DNA from: Catajapyx aquilonaris
Taxonomy: Eukaryota
Reading direction: 5' to 3'
NCBI GenBank assembly: GCA_000934665.2
Contig: KZ538923.1
Span: 1-39,922, forward strand
DNA: 39,922 nt
The position numbers and the translations under genes were made by a program. Position 1 is the first letter of the stretch. Every line of letters begins with the position of its first letter. Below are positions 26,122 through 36,533 of the stretch, in pieces. A model generated the notes under the pieces. It had not been told where the DNA came from. It made no database searches and saw only the letters and a program-made list of their open reading frames with translations.

Positions 26122-26456
26122 GGGGTTAGTGCATCGCCCATTGATGGGCATCATGGCACGGTACCTTTATTTGCTTTTAGGTGTACAGCTACATTTTTGG
26201 TCCTTTTCCGTAACGCCCGGGTACCGAGCGATAGGGGATGACAGAGGGGATGTGCAAGTGCAGTGCAATGCTGTACGAGGTCGTTTTGTGAACTCCCCCG
26301 GGTGGATTTGTCTGTAGGATATTCCACCCAGAAACGAAGCCAGAGACGACCCACACTCTGCACGAGATGAGGGGGGTGTCCCCGGGCGGGATTTGATCCC
26401 GGGACCTTAACATCCGTGGGCGCACACGTTACCGCGGCGCCACTCCGTCTCCCCCT
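26029..26456 (-). mobile_element. Full-length tRNA-derived SINE (family B') with type-B hairpin tail and long (ATT)n
   Basis: Minus-strand head GGGGAGACGGAGTGGCGCCGCGGTAACG...GGGATCAAATCCCG. Tail GTGCCATGATGCCCATCAATGGGCGATGCAC plus (ATT)n. 11-bp TSD ttggcccagtt (26018-26028 / 26457-26467). Confidence 0.92.
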
Positions 26457-26478
26457 TTGGCCCAGTTTGACACGTGGT

Positions 26479-26735
26479 CATATCAGTATGGGCTGTTCGT
26501 ACGAATAATGCTTATCAGAATGTTCAATGCTGCTTATTTCGCGCAAATTAAAAGATAACGGAACGCAAGAAATTACGGTGATGTAGGCCTACTAATCACG
26601 TTACCTTGATGATATGAGCACATTCCAAATCGCCGTTACTTATCACGTTCCTTTGAGGCCTTTTAATTTGTGATTAATAAGCAGCATTGGGCATTCGGAT
26701 ATGCATTATTCTTACGAACAGGGCATGTTGATATG
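26479..26735. mobile_element. Older MITE-like element with ~60-bp imperfect TIRs
   Basis: CATATCAGTATGGGCTGTTCGTACGAATAATGC...CAATGCTGCTTATT (26479-26538) is inverted at 26676-26735. Confidence 0.7.
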
Positions 26736-26838
26736 TAACAATGCATGCAGAGCACTTTTCGATGATGGTATCCTGTAGCCTACACCTGTAGTATCATGCT
26801 TTTATAACATTTTCCAAACACTAGCTCAGTAACCATGA

Positions 26839-26945
26839 AGGCCCGTTTACACGAGGCATAGCATAGCATAACGTAGCATAGCATAACGTAACATAACATA
26901 ACAGCGGCCCTCTGATTGGCAGGCCACGCTGCGCCGCCTACGTTT
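26839..26945 (+). mobile_element. Solo PIF/Harbinger-like MITE end with pentamer repeats
   Basis: AGGCCCGTTTACACG terminus followed by (GCATA/ACGTA/ACATA)n at ~26856-26900. No partner end found. Confidence 0.45.
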
Positions 26946-29267
26946 TGCTAGCATCGGTCTATCAGCGGTTGCTGTTAATAATGACATGTTTTCCTCCTGT
27001 TTGCCTCACTTTAGCTTATTACTGAGTGGCTGGATTCTGATTCTGATTTCCTGTCGCCCACTTGAAGTCTTGAAACTCACCAAGTAGAAAATGGAGTGTA
27101 TTACTGCTGCTTGGGTGACGCGTTCCTATAGCAGTTTCATCTATAGAGTATACGTATACTGTACTATATAATATAGTATACAGTATACGTATGCAGTGTA
27201 CATCTACCTGTTCTCCTCCCACACGCTGCCATTTTACCTCGCCAATATTTAATAACGTGAAAGATATTGCGAATTACTGTAAGCTTATATTGGTTTTTCC
27301 CAATCGAAAGTGACAAAATCACTGTCAAACACTTTTACGCGATGAAATGTTGGAGCCGTAAGCATTAATATCATGTAATATGCCCTAGCATAACCGGGGT
27401 GATTGCCATTTTTTTGTCATATAGTGGAAGATACCTGACAGTATGACAGGTATTAGTTCCAATTAATAGAAGGATATGATAGATGTCGCTCTTAGTTAAG
27501 TAAAGCTATGAAATACACTCATACTATACATAATTATATCCTATATATCTTACTCTGAGCAGCTGCTAAATTCTCCAGCGAGCGCTGTGCTGTGACATGA
27601 ATCTATTTTCGGGGCCTCAGTAAGCAGGATTAGCGTTTTATCCTTTACTGTATACTTGGGCCTGGATCTAGCGATATACGAGTCTATCATTGGTATAGTG
27701 TCGAGTGTTGACAACATACAAAAAAAAGTTTTAAAAACCCAGATAGCTTATGACGCAGTGTTATTTTTAAAACGCTGCAACTAACCCAATTAGTAGCAAA
27801 AATGTCGTCCAATCAGGCTGGAGCCAAATTCGGCTCAATTATAATGTTTATAAAACGCCTTTTGAAGTTGGGACGACCTTAAAAACATACGCAATGAAAG
27901 GTTTCCAGGTAATGGCTAGAGTGTCCTCCGGTGCAGAATATCGGAAATGCCAATGGGGGGTTGAAGCACGGCGCATGTAAGCTCCACCAGTTTAATGACA
28001 CTGTTTCCGGAAATTTCGAGCCCTCTGAAAACTTAATGCCGAAGGTACGACGGAATAATATATTCAGGAGTTGTCGTGAGTTGACAACCATTGCATTAGT
28101 GATAATCTCTCCCCCATGGAATGTTACCAGTCTTCCTAACCGCCATAATGCTATCTCCCTGGCCGCATGAATATCTTAACAATTCCGTGCTCATGCCGAA
28201 TATACGGTGCATATTACGTAATCCTGAGCTCCACTTAGGGACATCCCTTAAATATTACGCGAAGACAAAAGAACGAGTGAAGTATATAGGGAAGAATAAA
28301 AGGGGGGGAAAAAAGAGAGAACTCGACAGAAGAAATGGTAGTTAATGACCTCCAAGACCCTGGAGAGCTTGTAAAAGCAGCTTGAAATGGCCTTTTTGGT
28401 CTCCCAAAAGTTTAACCGAATTGGCCCTTTCCTTTCTTCACCTTTCAGGTAGGAACTTCAAAGGAGTGTGTGGATCTCACTTCCCCCATCAAAATTTCTA
28501 TGACGTAGCCTTTGTGGTTTTTTCTAATGCCCGTTCAGTTACTTCGTCTCCACCCACAAACACGTGCTTGTATTGTATATTAACCAGGTTGGTACATAAA
28601 TACACCGGAATGTTTCGACCAAAACAAAAGAAAGAGGATAATAGTAGTTAGTGAATACATAATTATAATGGCAGACATATCTGGTATGTTTTAATTTACG
28701 TCACAAAAGCTTTTTTGTAATTATTCATACTGGCTGATCAAAAATGTAAACCGGATATGTACAGTACAGTACACGACATGCTCCAGAACTAGAACTCACT
28801 TTCGTATTCTGTTCTGTACCAAACCGTCATCCCTGCTGATTTTTTTGCTTGCTCCAGGAAATTATAATCTCCCAAGAAAACTATGCAAGCGCATTAGAGC
28901 TCTGCTCTTAATCCTATCCCTTCTCTAAAAGTGCTGCTTAGATATGCGCAGATTGAACCTGCAGCGATACAATGCATATAAGATACAGTACTTAATGTTA
29001 TAGTTCAGGAGATCCTGACTATTTGGGTTTAGGTGTGGTGCACTTTACAACAAGAGGCCCCTGGGGCAAAATTTCCGTGGCCTTCCGCTACTTTACAGGT
29101 AACAAGACTTGAGGGGAAAGTACTACTTGTTATATGCTAGTAGAGTTATGACTATAAGAGCAGGTTACATCTCTCATGTTCATACTAGCACATTTTTGTA
29201 TTCTGAGAATTTTCCCCACCGCCTTATCTTAATCACCCCCACACATCAACCCAAACGTAATGACTTA

Positions 29268-29400
29268 TAGGGCGATAAGACACTCGTAAATGCGTTGAGA
29301 TGTCAGGTCTTATACGTCGTATTTGACAAAATATTTCTCAAAAATTATCGTATGCATGGAATGTGACAACTCCACTCTCGCGAGAGTCTTATCGCTCCTG
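29268..29400. mobile_element. Degenerate small MITE
   Basis: AGGGCGATAAGACACTCG at left; CGAGAGTCTTATCGCTCCTG at right (inverted). Confidence 0.55.
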
Positions 29401-29469
29401 GTTGGTTGGTAAGTTCATATGGATTAGGCGTTATGGCTACAAAGAACCTTTAGTCTTTTAAGGTTAAAC

Positions 29470-29617
29470 CAAGGGGGTAACCACTCGACTGAAAAGTGTG
29501 CACTGGAGTACCAAATTCAAAGAGTACCAAGGAGTACTAAAGAGTAAGGTACCTAAGGAGTACCTGGGAGTACCACTCGGAGGTGTACACCGGAGTACCG
29601 AAGTGGTTACCCCCTTG
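29470..29617. mobile_element. hAT-type MITE (~148 bp) with internal GAGTAC repeats
   Basis: 16-bp perfect TIR CAAGGGGGTAACCACT / AGTGGTTACCCCCTTG. 8-bp TSD ggttaaac (29462-29469) / cgttaaac (29618-29625). Confidence 0.88.
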
Positions 29618-31295
29618 CGTTAAACAGAGAATGTGAATCATGACAAATGTTATTGATACACAATATTTTAATTTTGTTTGATAAAGAAGGAATGTCGATA
29701 ATGACATTCACGAGAAAGTAATTCTCTCCGGAGGTCTTTGAAGTCCTATGATGCGAAAATTGAAATTGTCATAATTATAAGCTCAGTGCCGTGTGAGTGT
29801 GTGTGATGGGATTATGTATTATACAAGTAAGTTATATATGTAATTTTCGAGTAGGTCCTAGATTTTCTCACCTGAGAGGAATTTGATAATTGGTTTTCTG
29901 TCACACTAGCGTGAGTTTCCCACGGTCATTTCCCCCTGCCTTATTCCCGTAAGAAAAATCGATGAATCGAAATAAATAATAGACCTACCTCCTCCTCCTC
30001 CTCCCAACCAAATGCTTCGTTCCCTGTAGGATCACGGGTTTTGTAAACTGATGACGTACTGCTGAAAGGCAGTTAAATTTGGTTAAAGCGATGTACTATT
30101 CTGACTCTGAAAAAAAAACAGATGATAAAGAAACCTTTATAAACGATTTCAGTTCTGATGGTTCATACAGTTATAAAGTGATACTTATTGCTTCTGATTT
30201 ACCCAATATTATATCAAGCATCTTCAAAGAATGCCACAGCTACAGTGAATCCCCAACCTGAACCGAATGTTGGAAGAAACTAAAATCCAGTTCAAATAAG
30301 CCAATTTGACCCGTACCTCTGTGTAGGCCAGCGTTGATAGAAGCTCTCTTGAAGGAAACGAAGAGGTGGGGGTAGAGGAGAGCAGGAGGGACAGGAAAGA
30401 AAACTAAGTTGTGGCATGGCCAGATCCACCACGATGCGGCTAAGCAAAGCCTCTTTTCTAGAGGATTTTGTCAGAAGCCGCTTCTGCGACAGTCGGAGGC
30501 ATTGTGCCCTTATAGTGCTCTTTGGGAGAAAAAAAAGTGGGAGGAAAAAGAAGGAAGTGTCTTTTCGTCTGTCGTGGGAAATACCAGATTACGCCAATTC
30601 ACAGTGTCTGCAGCTGCGCCGAAACCACTGCTCCCTTGAATTTACCAACTCTGGCCACGCATACAGATGAGGCCAGCACTGTCCTTTTTCTCGGCACGTG
30701 TGTCTTCGCGAATTTTGGCGACATTTTTTGTTCGGCACTTACGATGCGGTCGGTGGTTCTGACGCGGTGTTTGTGACGAGAAGGACGATTCTGGTACATC
30801 GCTTTTGATCCTTTTAGTTAATTTGTGTTTTTAAAAACTCGATGGAGGATTCGCTTGTTTACACATGTTGAAATTTCGGTGTTGAAAACAAAAGTTTTTA
30901 ATTAGCCTCATAGGAATTCTCATTTTCAACCCAGGGGAATATTCCCTAAATTGTGCGCCGTTATTGCAGGGTTTCGCTTCACTATGAATTTTCTGTGCAG
31001 TATCACCCACCATTATTCGGTTATATGTCTCAGGCCTTTCAAAAGGTTTTGCGGACACTCCACGTCATTGAAGCATGATCCTGGATGGCCTCTCGAAATA
31101 ACACTTTTCCTTGCTGCTGCCTCCCGAACTCGCTGTATATATGACCTGTATTCAGAGGGTGAACTTCTCAGTCTGCCATTATACAGTATGCTACTCATAA
31201 ATTAAATACAATTTTATCTATTCTGTATGAATCAAGATGCCCACCGGAGCTCGAAATGACTGCACCAGCCCCCGGACACTCCCCCTATAATCAGT

Positions 31296-31588
31296 TCTTA
31301 TCACCTGACGGGGCGGGGCGTTTTGCAGGAGGTGCTCACTTGAGAGCGCCTGTCTCTGATACAAATACATGTGGCGACCCTACCGGACCGCGCTGAACGT
31401 AGGCAGAAGAGAAGTGTCTGTCAAAATTAAGAATCTCAATCGAGTAATCCGAGTAATACTCGTATGAGATTCTTAATTTTGACCGACACTTCCCTCTTCC
31501 TAAGTTCAGCGCGGTCCGGTAGGATCACCACATGTATTTGTATCAGAGACAGGCGCTCTCAAGTGAGCACCTCCGGCAGGCGATAAGA
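31296..31588. mobile_element. Palindromic (foldback) MITE, ~290 bp
   Basis: ~117-bp arms from 31329 to 31574, outer ~47 bp perfect, very short loop. Additional outer inverted repeat TCTTATCACCTG / CAGGCGATAAGA. Confidence 0.88.
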
Positions 31589-33163
31589 GACAGTGACCAG
31601 ACCTAAGTATTCTAAGGCCATTCTCACCAAGTAATGCCAGCCATGTTGGAGAAGTGTTATATGCCATTTGACATGTTTAAATAATGTAGATAAACACGTG
31701 GAAATGATGCTGAAACTAGTGTTCAGTCCACCTACTGTGCACTAAGATTCCATACCGCAAAATGACAATTTTAGAGTAGAAAATATTGCTCCTGCTTCCC
31801 GATTCTGCCAACTGTCCGACATATCAGAACTAAATCTTTTCTATGTCCCTCGCGGCACGTTCAAAATATGTGATTGCTCCAACTCCAGCAAAGCAATCCC
31901 CTCAAAAAATCCCACCTTGGAAACTTTTATTCCAGTCTCGGAAACCAGAGTATAAATGCCGTGACACAATTTATCAAGACAAGCGAATTGAAAAGAATGC
32001 CAGAAAATGCAATAAATACTGAAGGCGATGTTTCCTTCGATATCCAGGGTATGATTGCGGGATTAGAGGTTTTACGCCGAGGATTACGGGCTCTGTGGGC
32101 AGTGGGGTGGCAGTGGGGAGAGAGGATGACGAACGGGTCAATGGAACTGTTGCTCGATACAAAAGGTATATACAGTTGGAACAGGCGGAAAAAGGATTTG
32201 CTCACCAGGGTTGGCTGCCATTCGTAGTTTCAACGTAATGTTTCTTGCAAGCGCGTAATCAGCGTTGATTATTTGGGTTTGTGGAAATGGTTCTGTTCAA
32301 CATTAACGACTTGTTCAGGCCAAATTTTATGCCCGTTTGGTCGAACTTTGGCGCAGAGGATTTTACTTATTCGGAGAAGGACCTTTGGATTGAATTGCAT
32401 AAACCGGATTTCGGATTATTCGGGGCTGTACCAGTGTTCACACGCGATGGAAAAGGGCCTCTGAATTTTGATGAAATATATTTTTGTCCACTTTTTTCGG
32501 TCGCAGTATTGATAATTTTGAATCGTTATATTTTAATAATGGTGTTAATTGAATTTCTGAACATGCATGTTACCCTAAAGCGTTCATTCAAAATTCACGC
32601 GTCAGACACGATGTGCGATATTCAAACCTGAAATACCAATATGAGAGATGGCCTGAATGAAAAAAAAAAAAGAATTTCATATCATCCCATTGCCTGGAGC
32701 CCTTCAATTGTTGATGATTATCCTTGCTTTCATTTCAAAATTAATTCGCTCCACACATGTCAGCTGCTGATTGCTTTTTAGAGACACTCATTCATTAAAT
32801 TGCGCTATATTCGGCGCTGTGGCCTTTTTGACCAGAAGCCACCCTGTGCATCATACAGGGTGCGCACAGAGACATGTAAAAACGTAAATTTGTCAATTCT
32901 ACGAGGTTTTGCTTACTGAAGTGAGGAGCAAATATGCAAGAAGTCTGAAAATTGACCATTTGTCTTACATTCAGATTCTAAACTCGTACTACTGTCACGG
33001 GGGGGCGCCATGTTTGATTCTGTACGTAGCATTTGCACACGCGTGAGTTAGTACTCTTCCAGTATTGTTCAAGGGCGGACCGAGGTCACCTTTATATAAC
33101 TAAGTTTTGCAGGTACATCGGATGTACCGTCCATCTTCACTTTTGAATAACTAAGGTTAATTA

Positions 33164-33472
33164 ATAATAATTTTTTTTAAATAATTTACCCCGTGATAGA
33201 GCCATTGGCTCTCTTAGGGGGGGAGTTCATCCCAATTTTTTTTTTGTCAGGAACTCTTGTCTTTTTACTTTTTGCTTCGCTTTTTGGGAAGGGATAGGGA
33301 AGGAAGGAAGCGGCTGTGGCCTGTTAATTACGGAAACAACTCCGGAATTTTCCTGGAGGGACCGTGGGAAACCACAGAAAACCACGGTCAGAGTTGCCGG
33401 CCCGGGGATTTGATCCCAGGACCTCCCGATTAGCAGTCTGGCTCCTTAACCCCTACACCAACCTGCTTCGGT
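33164..33472 (-). mobile_element. tRNA-derived SINE (family C), copy 2
   Basis: Same head, body and tail as 11737-12037. 14-bp TSD actaaggttaatta (33150-33163 / 33473-33486). Confidence 0.93.
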
Positions 33473-33811
33473 ACTAAGGTTAATTATGTAACACGCGTGG
33501 ATTTCCTTGTTCTGAAGGGCAAAACAGTCCCTAAATTATATAAAGCGTCCTTCGCCTCTTTTGGTCTCTCTCTTTCCAGGACGACTCACGAGGAAGCTCC
33601 ATTATTGTAAGTAGCCAGAACTTGTTACCACTATACGGTCATATTAATCAGTATTGTTTAAACAGGGAACCCTTTTACTGTGTACACTGTGAGTGCCATA
33701 CGCAATAAAACATATTATACTGTGAATACTTGTGCTTATCTTTTCCTGGTGGTCAACGAAAAACTTTAACATCAACCTTCTTGGGTTAAATACGTTTAGT
33801 TGATGACACTA

Positions 33812-34160
33812 CAGCAGAACCCCGATTATCCGACCTCGGATTATCCGACTCCTCGGTTTATCCGACCGCCCGCTCCGGCAATAAATCTGTTTTTTTTTCA
33901 TGAAATACTGTAATGTTCTACGCATTTGTTCTGTCGTAGTTATATAATTGTAAATACAGTACAGTAGAGTGTGTGTATGTAAAAGAAAAATAAGCTTACT
34001 TCACTATTTCTTAGAAAACCATAATATCGTACGTTATTTCATGTTTTTTATATGTTTTTGTTGTGTTTTATTGAAGCTTTTACTCCTCGGATTATCCGAC
34101 CTTTTCGGTTATCCGACGATGCCTCAGTCCCGTTGGTGACGGATAATCGGGGTTCGACTG
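33812..34160. mobile_element. Tigger/pogo-type MITE (~349 bp)
   Basis: TA-CAGCAGAACCCCGATTATCCG ... CGGATAATCGGGGTTCGACTG-TA, with repeated subterminal TTATCCGAC motifs. Confidence 0.9.
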
Positions 34161-36318
34161 TATATCCAAAGAAGACATAACTTAGCTAAATATGTGTCGT
34201 CTTTGGAGATAGCACGAGTTTAATAGTGTAGTTGCAGCTGTCGTTGACAAAAATTGCAGACTGATAAGTTTGACGCGAAACGTCGTTTTTCCTAATTGGT
34301 ACACACTCTAGTGGTCCAAAATAATTAGAGACTGTTTTCATAGATACCGCTGATCGCCCCTCATAACAGTAGCTTACGTCAAGCAGATAAGGCTGTGCTT
34401 TACTCTTTAACCCCAGTTGTGCAATCCGGCTGCCCTGGTTAAGGAAATGATAAACCACCCTTATCTGGCTGACATAAGTAATCTATCACCTGAATCCACC
34501 TTGTTCCGTTTCTTAGACACCCTGACAACATCTTCCCCATCTGAAAATGACGATTTATCGTGTAGCCCGTGTATTTCCTCTGGTACGTCTCGATGGCGAT
34601 TCGTTTCTACAGGCACCATCCGTACCCTCTTCCAATGTGGAGCTTACTTTTCACCCACAAAATAATCCGTCCTCTGACGAGCCCGGACGGGCTAATGATT
34701 TTCCTCTAGCCAACGCCCGAATCCCAAGTACATTATTGTGCAGTGCTCTGATGACAGTTTGCACGCTCAAAATTCTAGTGGAATCACCCTCATTTACGTG
34801 CCACTGGGTCACATTTCGCCTGCAGTCTGTTTCGTCAATCAGAAAAAGTGACAGTGTGACAAGCCAAAGCTGTAATTGCAAAAGGTGGAGTTTAAAAATA
34901 AAAGAGCTGTCATAATCGCTGGGTGTATACTGTAGAGGTTGATGGACATACCACAGAAATGTACAACGTAAGAAATATTTTAAGAAGCTAGTAAGATTTG
35001 CATTTTATTATTGAAATATGTGTTTGAACACTGCTACTAATATCACAAGGAAGTACTGAAGTTAATCATCGTGAAATGTTGCTGGGAAATACAGGCAGAA
35101 ATGTTTTCAACCCAGACAGCCATGAATACATATTGACCGGTTTACTATATGTGCTCAATTACGTTGCGATTGGTAGTTTGGTACACGAATATGCCATTAA
35201 ACATGCCGTTTGAAATGATGTATGGGTTTATCTGGAAAATTTGTTCACGAAACGCAAAGTGCGAGCAAAAACCATAAAAACGAGTACATGATCCGTAACA
35301 AATTTGGCACGCTAATTACCTGAGAGAGAATGACGTTACGTTCTACCGTATACCTTCATGCACGCTTATTTTTGAACATTTACACTCTAATGTGATTATT
35401 CCACTGTTATTGCCACGCATTCGAGAGAAACGAAGTGAGAATATATAAACCTGTGAAACATACATTAAAGATGACACACTTTCGGCAAGAAAAGATGGGA
35501 ACGCTGTATTCTTTAAAAAACCGTGTTACGTGATGTGGTTATCTAAGCAACGCGACGGAAGCTTACGCTAGATAAAGTTATTTCCAGAGCTACTTACGCA
35601 ATTCAGGACGACATGATCAAATCAATTTTCATAGAAAATGCTGAATACAAAATTTTACCTGTGAATTTTTCATACCATATGCAATGGCTTGAATACGGTT
35701 TGAAAATTAACTAGCTATTATACCATGCCATGTTGATGAACCCCAAGTTGAACCCGCTATTTTTTCTGGTAAGGTTAACAAAATAATAGGAAATTAGGAA
35801 CAGCAAAATGTTGTTGCTTTTGAAGGTTTTTCCTCCACCCGCTAACAATTTAGTAGGAATATTGTTCTTAATGATGTCAGATGAAAAACTAAAATTCAGT
35901 TTTGTCGTACAAATTTAGGTTTTGCGAAAATATACATTTCAAATTTTCAATTGTACAATTTTTTCACTTTCAAATCGCGGCAGGAGTCGCAAGAAAACTT
36001 TAATAATTTTAATTTTAATTTTTAAGCAATTATAAATTGTCTGATTTTTGGCAACGAGAGTTGTTAAATAAGAGATATTTGATAAAATAAATTATTTCGC
36101 ATCACTGCACTGGTTACACAAGTTCAAATGGGGTAATACAATGGGAGGTCTTGATTTTGGACACATTAACAAAGACTAGACCTATTACTTCTAGTTTTAA
36201 TGAACAAGTGTCATCTTAAATGATCAGTCACAATCTAACATTGCTTGAAATATTAAAATTAAATTTATGTAACTTATCTTGTGCTTCCTCTCGTCATTTG
36301 AATGTGGAAAAAGTGGTA

Positions 36319-36533
36319 AGGTGAAGTGGGGTAAGTGCATACACGGGGTAAGTGCATAAACTGGCCGCCATATTGGAATGAAAATGGCTGACATGCTCAC
36401 CTCTTGTGGGGATGTGATGTGCAGCTACACAAAAGAGTGCCTGACGTGTTTTGGTGTCGTCAGCCATTTTCATTCCAATATGGCGGCCCCGTGTATGCAC
36501 TTACCCCGTGTATGCACTTACCCCACTTCACCT
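36319..36533. mobile_element. pogo/Fot1-like MITE (~215 bp)
   Basis: TA-flanked; 40-bp perfect TIR AGGTGAAGTGGGGTAAGTGCATACACGGGGTAAGTGCATA, followed by a second inverted block GGCCGCCATATTGGAATGAAAATGGCTGAC. Confidence 0.92.

Noticed and set aside
25785..26141. ORF with a poly-Ile tract
   Set aside because: Translation of the (ATT)n SINE tail.
27430..27450. Partial minus-strand match to miR-8 (ATACTGTCAGGTA)
   Set aside because: Only 13 nt match, the 5' seed end differs, and there is no precursor hairpin.
29917..30580. Two non-SINE CGTGGGAA Su(H) sites (29917-29924 minus, 30573-30580 plus)
   Set aside because: One or two hits of an 8-mer in 40 kb on both strands is near chance, and they are not in paired-site spacing.
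34186..34915. Cluster of overlapping ORFs, one with a signal-peptide-like start (LQLWLVTLSLFLI)
   Set aside because: Starts at TTG, is interrupted by stops, and shows no recognisable domain or convincing splice structure.
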